Origin: Phycisphaerales bacterium
GTDB lineage: Bacteria; Planctomycetota; Phycisphaerae; Phycisphaerales; UBA1924
Assembly (NCBI GenBank): GCA_030149165.1
Contig: JASBRY010000007.1
Coordinates: forward strand, 31,433 to 95,432
Direction: 5' to 3'
Length of the DNA stretch: 64,000 nt
Shown here: one piece after another, positions 1-9,340 of the stretch
Layout: the number at the start of each line of letters is the position of its first letter
Numbering within the stretch: the stretch's first letter is position 1
The notes under the pieces: generated by a model
What the model was told of the DNA's origin: nothing
Database searches by the model: none
The model's input: only the letters and a program-made list of their open reading frames with translations
Translations under genes and position numbers: made by a program

Positions 1-2078
1 TTGGTCAGGACTTCGGCTTCATCTAACTCGCCGATCTGAATAAGCGCCGCGCCGAGATTCCCCATCGAAAGCAGCGTCGAGAAGTGATCCTCGCCGAGCA
101 CACGGATTCTGCGATCACACACATCGCGGAAGATCTCGATCGCTCCCTGATCGCGCCCCTGTTTCTGAATGACGCTCGCGAGCACGTCGCGTGCAACAAG
201 CGTTTGCGGATGATCCGGACCGAACGTCGCGAGTCGGCGTTCGACAACCTCGTCCATCACCTTTTCGCTCTCAGCGAGTCTTCCGATGTCCTTGAGCGCG
301 ACGCCTCGATTGTGCATGACGATGAGCGTTTCTTTGTGATTCGCGCCCAAATGCTCTGTAAGAATCTTCTCGCACGCGGCCCATTCATCGAGTGATTTAT
401 CATGCTGTCCGCGCATGTGGTGGATCCGCGCCAATGAACTCCGCAGCTTCGCAGACTCGACGGGCATCCCGAGTGTCTGGATCACCTCGTCCGCTTCATT
501 CAGCAATCTTTCCGCTTCGTCGTATTGGCCAAGCTCTGTGAGGACGAGTGACAGTGTGCTCTTTGCATCCGCTGTGAGTGAGTTGTCATCTCCCATCGAC
601 TCCCGCGTGACCCGAACCATCTCTCGAGCGTGCTGCTCCGCAGCAGTCAGGTCTCCCAATCCGAGATAGGTGTTACTCAGCGCCATGCGAATCGTCGCGT
701 GGACTCCGGGGTGATCAGCAAGATCCGATCCAACCGTGAGGGCCGCAGTATCAAGCACCTCGCGGACAGTGAGTTCTTCGCCGAGAGTAGATCCGGGATC
801 CGCGGATCCGAGCATGTCAACCATGAACCGGTTGACCGCGATCGCTCGCGAGCGTTCTTCTTCAGCAAGCCTGCGCGCCAAATCCGCTTGCTCGCGCTGC
901 GATTCGGCGGTTGCCCACCCCTTGGTTGCTCTCGCTGCTTGATAACTCGCGGCGACCACACCAACAATCAGCACCATCAACACCAAGCAGGTCAGACCAA
1001 CGAGTGCTTTATTCCGAGTGACAAACTTGCGTCCGCGATACCAACGTCCGCCGTTCATCGCTTCGACCGGTTCATAATGCAGGTAGTTCCGTAGATCTGC
1101 GGCAAGCTCCGAAGCCGCGGCGTAGCGATCCGCACGCACCGGCGCCATCGCTTTGGTCACAATCGCGCGGAGTTCAGGGTCTAACCCGCATGTGTCAAGC
1201 TTCGGAGGTTGACAGACAACTTCTAGAGCATCCTCAATGGTCTTCCCGTTGAGACGATTGGGGAGTTGTCCTGTCAGCACCTCATGGATCATGACCCCCA
1301 ACGCGAAGACATCGGTCCGCAGATCAATATCCGTGTCTCTTCGGAGTTGTTCTGGACTCATGTATGGGATGGTCCCGACGAGTTCTTTGACTCCAGAATC
1401 CTGTTCAAGCGACTTCGCGACACCAAAGTCCAGCACGCGCGCCCGCCCGTCCTCATCAACGACGATGTTCGCTGGTTTGAGATCACGATGCACGATCCCT
1501 CGCAGGTGCGCGTGCTCGATCGCTTCACAGATTGTTCTGAGCAGTTCCACGCGTGCTTGGAGACCAAGACTCCCTGCGTAGCGATCCAGTTCCTTCCCTT
1601 GCACATACTCCATCGCGAAGTAGGGGTGGTATCGACCATTCCGCTCGGTCTGTCCGGACTCGTAGATCGTCGCGATACCCGGATGCTTAAGCTTTGCGAG
1701 CGATTCCGTTTCAAGATCGAATCTGCGGAGCCGAGTCTCGGTCATCTTCTCCGCGTTCATGATCTTGAGCGCGACGGGGCGTTTAGGATTCTGCTGCTCC
1801 GCGAGGTAAACAGTCCCCATCGCACCACGTCCAAGCATGCCTTGGATTTTAAAGTTCCCGAACCAATCTCCCGGCTCAAGGATCAGATCACCACCCATGT
1901 CAGATGGCTCTTCGTCGTGTGAGAACTCCATCGTCTGCGATTCCTGGAGCTCGATGAGCGTGAGCACCTTTCGTCGCAGTTCCGAATCCGCATCACACAC
2001 ACTGTCGAGATAGGTATCGCGCTCGTTGCCTTGCAATCGTCCCGCGTGCAGCGCGATGTCCCTGGGATCCATCTCCAT
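1..2078 (-). CDS. Ser/Thr protein kinase with one TM helix and C-terminal TPR repeats (3' end runs off the left edge of the window)
   Basis: My own minus-strand translation from the ATG at 2078..2076 gives MEMDPRDIAL... It has Hanks kinase motifs GRGAMGTVYLA, VALK, HRDLKPANIVV, DFG and TIPYMSPE. These are followed by a hydrophobic segment, LVGLTCLVLMVLIVGVVAA, and TPR-like repeats. It is absent from the ORF track because there is no stop inside the window. The + strand ORFs at 84..1922 are its shadows. Confidence 0.85.
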   Translation of the reverse strand, partial: MEMDPRDIALHAGRLQGNERDTYLDSVCDADSELRRKVLTLIELQESQTMEFSHDEEPSDMGGDLILEPGDWFGNFKIQGMLGRGAMGTVYLAEQQNPKRPVALKIMNAEKMTETRLRRFDLETESLAKLKHPGIATIYESGQTERNGRYHPYFAMEYVQGKELDRYAGSLGLQARVELLRTICEAIEHAHLRGIVHRDLKPANIVVDEDGRARVLDFGVAKSLEQDSGVKELVGTIPYMSPEQLRRDTDIDLRTDVFALGVMIHEVLTGQLPNRLNGKTIEDALEVVCQPPKLDTCGLDPELRAIVTKAMAPVRADRYAAASELAADLRNYLHYEPVEAMNGGRWYRGRKFVTRNKALVGLTCLVLMVLIVGVVAASYQAARATKGWATAESQREQADLARRLAEEERSRAIAVNRFMVDMLGSADPGSTLGEELTVREVLDTAALTVGSDLADHPGVHATIRMALSNTYLGLGDLTAAEQHAREMVRVTRESMGDDNSLTADAKSTLSLVLTELGQYDEAERLLNEADEVIQTLGMPVESAKLRSSLARIHHMRGQHDKSLDEWAACEKILTEHLGANHKETLIVMHNRGVALKDIGRLAESEKVMDEVVERRLATFGPDHPQTLVARDVLASVIQKQGRDQGAIEIFRDVCDRRIRVLGEDHFSTLLSMGNLGAALIQIGELDEAEVLT

Positions 2079-2174
2079 CGTGTCCCTATCTATACCACAG
2101 GATCAGCGTCCAGTTCATCGGATTCACGGTTCCTGCCGCGAGGATGTGTCAGAATCAGCACCGATATGAACTTA

Positions 2175-2726
2175 TCAGACGCGGACCGGCTGCTCGACTC
2201 GCACACCCTTTGGGAGATAGGGGAGCAGTTCCTCAGGGATCTTTTTGAGTCCTCGTCGCAGTGCCTTCGCGACCGCATACTCCAGCGACTCATGCATCCG
2301 TTGATGAACACGATCCGTCACATTCAGTCCCAGTTCTTCCATCTTGTCGATCGAGAACTTCCACGCGTAATACTCTTCCAAACAGCGCGGCTTGTAGGTC
2401 CCGAACCCGATCGCGTGATGACCGATCTCATGAAGAAACACGGCCGCGGACATTGGTCCCTTGGGTTTGGGAGATTCGATCAGCTTGGATACGCTCCCGT
2501 CCTTGTAGAGCACCTGCCATGCGACCCCGGACATGGATGAGCGCCATTTGCGGACGCGCACGCCGTGTTCAGCGAGCATCTGCTTGGTGATCTGCTCGTA
2601 TCGGAGCTGCATCGGAGTCTCGCGTTTGAGCGATGCAGTGTTCTTTGCAGGCGCGGGGACAGGAGTCGTGATCTTCCTCCGTTTCGGAGTCAGCAGGTCC
2701 CAGAGTGTCATCATGTGGAGCGTCAT
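2175..2726 (-). CDS. Small hypothetical protein with HEIGH (HExxH) zinc-metallopeptidase-like motif
   Basis: 183-aa ORF. The ATG at 2726 overlaps the fmt stop (ATGA). The motif is AAVFLHEIGHHAIGFG. I cannot name a family. Confidence 0.6.
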   Translation of the reverse strand: MTLHMMTLWDLLTPKRRKITTPVPAPAKNTASLKRETPMQLRYEQITKQMLAEHGVRVRKWRSSMSGVAWQVLYKDGSVSKLIESPKPKGPMSAAVFLHEIGHHAIGFGTYKPRCLEEYYAWKFSIDKMEELGLNVTDRVHQRMHESLEYAVAKALRRGLKKIPEELLPYLPKGVRVEQPVRV

Positions 2727-3655
2727 GAGCTACGACCAATCAGTATCTCGCCATCTTTGACCTGCCGGCCGTTCGCATACGAAGCCCAATCCATCGGTTT
2801 TTTGCCAGCTGGCTGTACCTCAAGCAAACGGAGTGTCCCAGAGCCGCAAGATACCGATCCCACATCAGCATCGATGATCTTGCCGATATCTGATTGGGAA
2901 TCGGAGATAAACGATTCTGCGCGGAGGACTTTCAATGGCTGCTCTCGATGCTCAATCGTCACGCAAGGCCAAGGACTCAACCCATTGATTCGGCATCGGC
3001 ACGCATCCGCAGTCTGCGAGAAATCGATCCATCCATCACTCTTGAGCATCTTGCTCGCGATCGTCACCAGCTTCGGATCCTGCTCAGTGTACTGGACACG
3101 ATCGTGCTCGTGATCTTCGAGCACCTTCATCACCAACTCTGGACCATCGGTTGAGAGCAGGTTGTGCAGCTCGCTCGCGGTTTGAGTGGTTTCGATTGCT
3201 CGCTCAGACTGTGCGAGCACGAATCCCGCGTCCATTTCCTTCGCGATCGTGATGACAGAGTTCCCAGTGATCGAATCCCCCGCAACGATCGCGGCGTTGA
3301 TCGGCGCCGCACCGCGCCATCTTGGAAGCCGCGACGCGTGCAAGTTGATCGCGAACCGATCCTCGATGAGCTTGGATCCCAGATACTGTCCATACGCGAT
3401 GACGACCCACGCGTCGGCATCCCATCCTCGCACAATCTCGCGTGCTTCATCCGTGTTGATCTTCTCAGGTTTGATGATTGGGACATCAGGCAGATGCTCC
3501 GCAGCCCAAGCACCGACAGGGGTCGGGGTTGGGACCTTGCCTCGTCCCGCTTTGCGATCGGGTTGAGTGACAATGCCGGTAATCGTGTGTTCTTGAGCAA
3601 GCCGCTGCAGTGTGGGCACGCCGAACGCGCCGGATCCGAGGAAGACGATGTTCAT
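2723..3655 (-). CDS. fmt: Methionyl-tRNA formyltransferase
   Basis: The N-terminus MNIVFLGSGAFGVPTL and the motif HASRLPRWRGAAPI are typical of Fmt. It lies directly downstream of def. Confidence 0.95.
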   Translation of the reverse strand: MNIVFLGSGAFGVPTLQRLAQEHTITGIVTQPDRKAGRGKVPTPTPVGAWAAEHLPDVPIIKPEKINTDEAREIVRGWDADAWVVIAYGQYLGSKLIEDRFAINLHASRLPRWRGAAPINAAIVAGDSITGNSVITIAKEMDAGFVLAQSERAIETTQTASELHNLLSTDGPELVMKVLEDHEHDRVQYTEQDPKLVTIASKMLKSDGWIDFSQTADACRCRINGLSPWPCVTIEHREQPLKVLRAESFISDSQSDIGKIIDADVGSVSCGSGTLRLLEVQPAGKKPMDWASYANGRQVKDGEILIGRSS

Positions 3656-3682
3656 GAGTTCGTTCTCCTCACAGCGTTCACC

Positions 3683-4240
3683 TCAGCGTTTCTTCGCCTT
3701 CTCCATCGCCTTGATGCGTGAGCGGTTTTTGAGGCGTGAGGTTTGGCTCATTTTGTCGAGAATCAGCACCCCATCGAGGTGGTCGATCTCGTGCTGCCAG
3801 CAGCGTGCAAGCAAGCCGCTCGCTTTGAGTTCGATCTCATTGCCTTCAAGGTCCAGCGCTTTCATCGTCACATGACTCGGTCTGCGGACCTCGCCGGTAA
3901 TCCCAGGCAGCGACAAACACCCCTCGTCGTACGGCTCGAGTCCACCGCCGGACTCCACAATGACGGGATTGATGAAAGCCTGCGGCTTGGAAGTGTTGCA
4001 GGGGTACTCTGAATCAGCCGGATCTCCCTCATGCTCAGGGACATGCGCGACGAAGAGTCTCCAACTCAATCCGACCTGAGGTGCCGCGAGTCCGATCCCC
4101 TCAGCGCCCTCCATCAGGTTGACCATCCGCTCAGCAACCGCGCGGACCTCGTCGCTCGCTGAGATCTCCGGCGCTTTGGTTCGGAGGATCTCCGTGGGGT
4201 ATATCTCGATACGCAGTTTGGCTGGATCTACAGTCATCAT
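3683..4240 (-). CDS. def: Peptide deformylase
   Basis: Motifs GIGLAAPQVG, EGCLSLPG and QHEIDHLDG are present. I chose the start at MMTVDPAKLRIEIYP (4240), which gives a typical N-terminus. The longest ORF start is 4321. Confidence 0.9.
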   Translation of the reverse strand: MMTVDPAKLRIEIYPTEILRTKAPEISASDEVRAVAERMVNLMEGAEGIGLAAPQVGLSWRLFVAHVPEHEGDPADSEYPCNTSKPQAFINPVIVESGGGLEPYDEGCLSLPGITGEVRRPSHVTMKALDLEGNEIELKASGLLARCWQHEIDHLDGVLILDKMSQTSRLKNRSRIKAMEKAKKR

Positions 4241-4361
4241 CCCATCGTATGGCCGGAAGATGATCGGTGTCGGGGAGCGATACCAATCTGCTTTCAAATC
4301 GCATACACTCATGGACCCCATCCACCGATGGACTCAATCAGGAGCGTGTACACCCGTGGCG

Positions 4362-5840
4362 ATGTTTGGTAAAAAGAAGAAGAACGACGAAGAGTCCGCC
4401 ATCGCGGAGTCTGCACCTGAGATCGCATTCAGCCCCGAGAAGGCCAAGGCGTTCTTTGATCGCGCCAAATCGGTCCATGATTCCGAGAGCTACGAGTACG
4501 CGATGCAGCTCTGGCTCAACGGGCTCCGTCAGGATCCCTCCAACATGCTCGGATTCAACGGCTTCCTCCGCTCCGCGGAGGTCTACGCCGTCGAAAACCC
4601 AAAGAAGGGCGTGAGCAAAGAGACCAAATCCGCGATCTCCGCAAAGGGAAACCTCGGCAAGTACATCAACGCGCTCCTGGACTTCGGACTCAAGCGCATG
4701 GATGTCAATACCGCGATCAAAGCGACCTCAGCCGCCGGAAAGCTCCAGCTCAAAGAGCCAACCAAAGCGTTGGGTGAACACGCACTGACTTTGGCAACCA
4801 ACGATCCCAAAGCAAAGAAAGACATGTTCGTCAAGCTGCTCGACGCGTTCGATGAAGCGGGGGTGTACAACCTCGCGGCGATAGCAGGCGAGAACGCGTG
4901 CCGGATGGATCCAGGAGATGGCGAACTTCAAGTTCGTGTCCGTAACATGCTCGCAGCGCAAACCATGTCATCTGGTGGATACGACGATACAGAGCAAGGC
5001 GGATTCCGCAAGAACATCCGTGACGCGGACAAGCAGCTCCAACTCGAGCAGCAAGACTCCGTCGCGAAGACCAGCTCAACGAAAGACGACATTGTCGCGA
5101 AGACCGAAGCGGACTACGAGTCGCGTCCCGATGACCTCTCAGCGCTGGGGTCATACGCGAAGGCGCTGCTCGATCGCGGGAAGAACTCCGACGAAGTCAA
5201 AGCCATGTCGCTCTACGGCAAAGCATACAAAGCATCGGGTCAGTTCCGTTTCCGCCAACTCGCGGGTGAAGTCCAGATGCGCCGCGCGACGCGGATGATC
5301 AACAAACTCCAGAAGCAGATCCAAGCGGATCCAAACAACGCAGAACTCCAAGCGAAGCTCGCGGATGCTCAGCCAAAGTTTGTTAAGCTCCAAATGGACG
5401 AGCTCGGTCTGCAGGTCGAGAACTATCCGACAGACCTCAGCCTGAAGTACCGCCTCGGAAAGCTGTACTTCCAGACAGGCAAGTACAACGAGGCAATCGA
5501 GCAGTTCCAGTTGGCGCAGAATGAACCCAAGCTCCGCAGAGAGGTCCTCAACCTCATGGGACAGTCCTTCATGCAGCTTGGTGGATGGGAAGACGCCGCG
5601 ATCCAGACCTTCCGCCAAGCGATCGACGGCAAGATGGACGACGATTCCGAGCTCGGCATGGACCTCCGCTACTCGCTGATGAACGCACTCACCGACAAAG
5701 CGGAGAAGGATTCGGATCTTGAGTCCGCGACCGAAGCGGACAAGATTGCTGCGGCGATCGCGATCCAGCAGTTCAACTACCGCGATGTGCGTGAACGCCG
5801 AGAGAAGATCAAGTCGCTGATCTCAAGCTTGAAGAGCTGA
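4362..5840 (+). CDS. TPR-like helical repeat protein, function unknown
   Basis: The ORF runs 4119..5840. I chose the ATG at 4362 (MFGKKKKNDEE...) because the upstream part overlaps def on the other strand. Composition is helical and repeat-like (YNEAIEQFQLA, GGWEDAAIQTFRQAI). Confidence 0.7.
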   Translation: MFGKKKKNDEESAIAESAPEIAFSPEKAKAFFDRAKSVHDSESYEYAMQLWLNGLRQDPSNMLGFNGFLRSAEVYAVENPKKGVSKETKSAISAKGNLGKYINALLDFGLKRMDVNTAIKATSAAGKLQLKEPTKALGEHALTLATNDPKAKKDMFVKLLDAFDEAGVYNLAAIAGENACRMDPGDGELQVRVRNMLAAQTMSSGGYDDTEQGGFRKNIRDADKQLQLEQQDSVAKTSSTKDDIVAKTEADYESRPDDLSALGSYAKALLDRGKNSDEVKAMSLYGKAYKASGQFRFRQLAGEVQMRRATRMINKLQKQIQADPNNAELQAKLADAQPKFVKLQMDELGLQVENYPTDLSLKYRLGKLYFQTGKYNEAIEQFQLAQNEPKLRREVLNLMGQSFMQLGGWEDAAIQTFRQAIDGKMDDDSELGMDLRYSLMNALTDKAEKDSDLESATEADKIAAAIAIQQFNYRDVRERREKIKSLISSLKS

Positions 5841-5843
5841 TCC

Positions 5844-6659
5844 ATGTCCGGGAAGAAATCCCCCAAAGCCGTCGCGATCATCCCGGCTCGTATGGGATCG
5901 ACGAGATTTCCACGCAAAGCACTCGCGGACGACACCGGGAAACCGATGGTCGTCCATGTCTGCGAGCAAGCATCCAAAGCGGAGTCTGTTGATCGGGTGG
6001 TCGTTGCGACTGATGCCGAGGAAATCAAAGCCGCAGTCGAGGCGCACGGGTTCGAAGCGGTGATGACCTCTGTTGAGCATACCAATGGCACAAGCAGACT
6101 CGGTGAAGCAACCACCTTGCTTCAACTCCACAAGCATCAGGTCATCCTGAATGTACAAGGGGATGAACCTGAGATTGAGCCATCAACGATTGATGCTGCA
6201 TTCGACGCCTTGTGTCCCATCAAAGGTCCAAGTACAGATGCCGTCGGAACTGTTGTGTGTCCGATCGATGCGGACGGGGATTTTCAGAATCCCAACATCG
6301 TCAAAGCGGTCATGAATGACTTCGAGTTCTCTCGGCCCGAATCAGGTGAGGGAGATGGACTCGTTCGGATCGGTCAAGCGATCTACTTCTCGCGATCACC
6401 AGTGCCTTACCAGAGGGTTGAGACGGATCGTGCAGCGTTTCGACATGTAGGGATCTATGCCTACATGGTCCAGTCGATCCATCAATATCTCAGTTGGGAG
6501 CCATCGACTCTTGAGGTCACCGAGTCGCTTGAACAGCTCCGCTGGTTCGACCACAAACACTCAATCTTCGCTGCGATTGTGAACACTCCGCACGCCGGGA
6601 TAGACACCCCTGAACAATACCGGTCGTTCGTCGAGCGCTTCAACAGCGCTCAATCCTGA
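5844..6659 (+). CDS. kdsB: 3-deoxy-manno-octulosonate cytidylyltransferase (CMP-KDO synthetase)
   Basis: Motifs AIIPARMGSTRFPRKAL, NGTSRL and NVQGDEPEIEP are typical of KdsB. Confidence 0.9.
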   Translation: MSGKKSPKAVAIIPARMGSTRFPRKALADDTGKPMVVHVCEQASKAESVDRVVVATDAEEIKAAVEAHGFEAVMTSVEHTNGTSRLGEATTLLQLHKHQVILNVQGDEPEIEPSTIDAAFDALCPIKGPSTDAVGTVVCPIDADGDFQNPNIVKAVMNDFEFSRPESGEGDGLVRIGQAIYFSRSPVPYQRVETDRAAFRHVGIYAYMVQSIHQYLSWEPSTLEVTESLEQLRWFDHKHSIFAAIVNTPHAGIDTPEQYRSFVERFNSAQS

Positions 6660-6733
6660 GAAATTCCAGCGATCTTGTCCACAAACCCCTCGCCGGGCTT
6701 GCAACCGATACCCCTGCGTTGGTACGATCGGAC

Positions 6734-8641
6734 ATGCCCCACTCGAGTGACGACACATCCCCCGGCGATCACCAGTCCAGTGACCTCCTCGCCCAAGCGG
6801 GGAATATTTCAGGCGCTGAGCGTGAGTTCTTCTCGCCGATGCCGGATGGATATGTGCCAGGCAAACACAAGTATGTCGCGATCCTCGGCACAGTCATGTC
6901 GGGACTCGGGAAGGGGATCTTCTCATCGTCCATGGCCAAGGTCCTCAAGGACAAAGGTTTATGCGTCGCACCGATCAAGCTTGAGGGATACCTGAACATC
7001 GATTCAGGGACGCTGAATCCATATCGCCACGGCGAGGTCTTCGTGCTCGAAGACGGCACCGAGTGTGACATGGACCTCGGAACCTACGAGCGTATGCTCG
7101 ATCAAGACCTCACCAAACGCAACTTCGTCACAGCTGGACAGATCTACTCCGAGATCCTCGATCGAGAGCGTCAGGGTGTGTATCTCGGTCGCGATGTTCA
7201 GATGATCCCCCATGTCACTGGAGAAGTGAAACGCAAGCTCCGCGAGCTCGCGATCCGTGGTGATGGATCAGGTCCCGCCGACATCGTCTTCGTCGAAGTG
7301 GGTGGAACAGTCGGCGACTACGAGAATGGTTTTTACATCGAAGCGCTCCGCGAACTCGCGTTCGAGGAAGGGCCGGGATCGGTCTGCTTTGTCGCGCTGA
7401 CTTATGTCATCGAGCCGCAGGCATTGGGTGAACAGAAATCCAAAGCCGCACAGCTCGGGATCAAGCGACTGATGGAATCGGGGATCCAACCCAACCTCAT
7501 CGCGTGCCGAGCGGAGAACCCAGTCGAGCACAAGGTGCGTGAGAAGATCGCGATGTTCTCCAATGTCCCGATGGAGCGTGTGTTCTCGATGCATGATCGA
7601 GACAGCATCTACAAGATCCCTGACGAACTCCGCGCTCAGGGACTCGACCGAGAGATTCTTTCGACACTGAGTCTCCACGATCGCGTCGATGCGACAGCAG
7701 AGGATCGAGCACGCGTCCGATGGTCCACATTTGTTGATGGACTGACCGCAGAGCGCATGCAGACGGTCAAGATTGGTATCCTCGGCAAATACGCCGAGCT
7801 CCGCGACGCGTACGCATCGATCGACAAAGCGCTCGAGCACTGCGAAGCACACTTCCGGACCAATGTCGAGCAGGTCTGGATGGACACCACCGAAATCAAC
7901 GACGCCAACGCCGCCGATCGTCTTCGTGACCTCGACGGCGTTATTGTTCCAGGAGGGTTCGGTTCCCGAGGAGTTGAAGGGAAGATCTCTTGCGTCAAGC
8001 ACTGCCGAGAGAACGCGATCCCATATCTCGGGATCTGTCTCGGATTCCAGGTCGCTGTGGTCGAGTTCGCTCGCAATGTGCTCGGGATCAAGGACGCGTA
8101 TTCCACAGAGTTCGATCCGATGACTTCTTCGGCGCTAATCTCTGAACTGCCGGACCAAAAGAAAATCGAAGGGCTCGGCGGGACCATGCGCCTCGGCGCC
8201 CAAGATGTCCAGATCACTCCCGGCTCGCTCGCGTCATTCCTCGCCGACGGCAAGACCTCGATCCATGAGCGTTTCCGTCACCGCTACGAGGTCGATCCGA
8301 CTTATATTGAGCGTCTGGAAGCGGGAGGATTGATCTTCTCAGGCCGTCACCCTGAGCAGCCGATCATGCAGATCCTCGAGCTCCCCTCGCATGTCGATGC
8401 GGATGATTCGGTGGCGCCATCGGAACCCATCACCCACCCATACTTCATCGGCGCTCAGTTCCATCCGGAACTAACCTCGCGTCCGCTCACGCCTCAGCCG
8501 ATGTTCATGGGACTGGTCGCGGCGTCGCTCAAGCATCGCTTCGAGCACAACGAGCAGCAATGGGAACAGATCCTCCGAGCTTGTCCGATCCTGAAGCGTT
8601 GGCTCCGCACACCCAACGGGCAGGCGCAAACCACAAGTTGA
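6734..8641 (+). CDS. pyrG: CTP synthase
   Basis: KYVAILGTVMSGLGKGI, NIDSGTLNPYRHGEVFVLEDG and the GATase domain motifs LGICLGFQ and GAQFHPE are present. The start is uncertain: ATG 6734 or ATG 6839. The track start 6719 is TTG. Confidence 0.93.
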   Translation: MPHSSDDTSPGDHQSSDLLAQAGNISGAEREFFSPMPDGYVPGKHKYVAILGTVMSGLGKGIFSSSMAKVLKDKGLCVAPIKLEGYLNIDSGTLNPYRHGEVFVLEDGTECDMDLGTYERMLDQDLTKRNFVTAGQIYSEILDRERQGVYLGRDVQMIPHVTGEVKRKLRELAIRGDGSGPADIVFVEVGGTVGDYENGFYIEALRELAFEEGPGSVCFVALTYVIEPQALGEQKSKAAQLGIKRLMESGIQPNLIACRAENPVEHKVREKIAMFSNVPMERVFSMHDRDSIYKIPDELRAQGLDREILSTLSLHDRVDATAEDRARVRWSTFVDGLTAERMQTVKIGILGKYAELRDAYASIDKALEHCEAHFRTNVEQVWMDTTEINDANAADRLRDLDGVIVPGGFGSRGVEGKISCVKHCRENAIPYLGICLGFQVAVVEFARNVLGIKDAYSTEFDPMTSSALISELPDQKKIEGLGGTMRLGAQDVQITPGSLASFLADGKTSIHERFRHRYEVDPTYIERLEAGGLIFSGRHPEQPIMQILELPSHVDADDSVAPSEPITHPYFIGAQFHPELTSRPLTPQPMFMGLVAASLKHRFEHNEQQWEQILRACPILKRWLRTPNGQAQTTS

Positions 8642-9295
8642 TCACAGCTGAGCTTTCAAAGCTTGGGCACTGTCATAAAGAATAATCGCGCTCAGTATGT
8701 CGGGCTTTCCGAAGGTCACGCAGCAGTTGTTAACCAGCGTCTGCGCATGCAGCATCGCGTCGAGTTGCGTTGATTGTTCTGCCGACTCGATCGAACGCAC
8801 AATGAACGCGTGAACTCCCCAAGGGCGATTGATCCCGTTGTCAGGCTGTAGCTCTCGTGTATGCCAATCGATGAGCTGATCGATGCGAGGCCGAAACTCT
8901 CCACCCGATTGAGAATCCAGATGCCAGAGAGCATGCAGAGCGCAGAGCTCAATCAGTGTTCGGTGCTCGATCGCATACGCATCGGATTCAACCAGTCCCC
9001 CTTCAGATTGAATTCGTCCGCTCCAATCCTGATTGCCTTCGGCAAGACTGTTCCAGAGTCGAGTGTCCAGATCGTGCGATCGATCCGAAGTCGACACACG
9101 CACTCCCAGCACTCGGCCCAGCAACGGAGCGTCCGTCGCGCGCCGGCATCCAAACTCGTCTTGGAACTCTTCGATGAAAGAACGCTTCGTGTTCTCGTCC
9201 CCATCCAGCGGGACTTGATCCATCAGTTCTCGGATCAGTGATTCCAGATGCGAGATCCACTGCTCGATCGTTGGGATATTGGGGGGATTCTCCAC
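8642..9295 (-). CDS. Hypothetical protein
   Basis: 217-aa ORF filling the pyrG-gcvT gap. Its stop abuts the pyrG stop (TGATCA). I recognise no motif. Confidence 0.5.
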   Translation of the reverse strand: MENPPNIPTIEQWISHLESLIRELMDQVPLDGDENTKRSFIEEFQDEFGCRRATDAPLLGRVLGVRVSTSDRSHDLDTRLWNSLAEGNQDWSGRIQSEGGLVESDAYAIEHRTLIELCALHALWHLDSQSGGEFRPRIDQLIDWHTRELQPDNGINRPWGVHAFIVRSIESAEQSTQLDAMLHAQTLVNNCCVTFGKPDILSAIILYDSAQALKAQL

Positions 9296-9340
9296 GGCAG
9301 ATCATAGAACCATCAGAATCAATCATGTCTACGATTGAGC

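Noticed and set aside
84-1922. Several + strand ORFs (84..395, 415..669, 630..1094, 1266..1922) in the first 2 kb.
   Set aside because: They lie antisense to a continuous minus-strand reading frame with clear Hanks kinase motifs and TPR repeats. Their translations are Arg/Ser/Leu-rich shadow sequences.
7268-8002. A 244-aa minus-strand ORF inside pyrG. Similar long antisense or alternative-frame ORFs include 19410..20087, 20859..21434, 21908..22558, 24816..25451, 36284..37036 and 45701..46375.
   Set aside because: All overlap genes with strong family motifs on the other strand or frame, and none has a recognisable motif of its own.
8639-8644. Convergent genes whose stop codons abut to form TGATCA. 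This occurs at pyrG/hypothetical here, at gcvT/phoU (10499..10504), and again as a TGATCA at 55056..55061.
   Set aside because: It is most simply explained by genome compaction and chance (TGA followed by the reverse complement of TGA). There is no evidence of a functional site.
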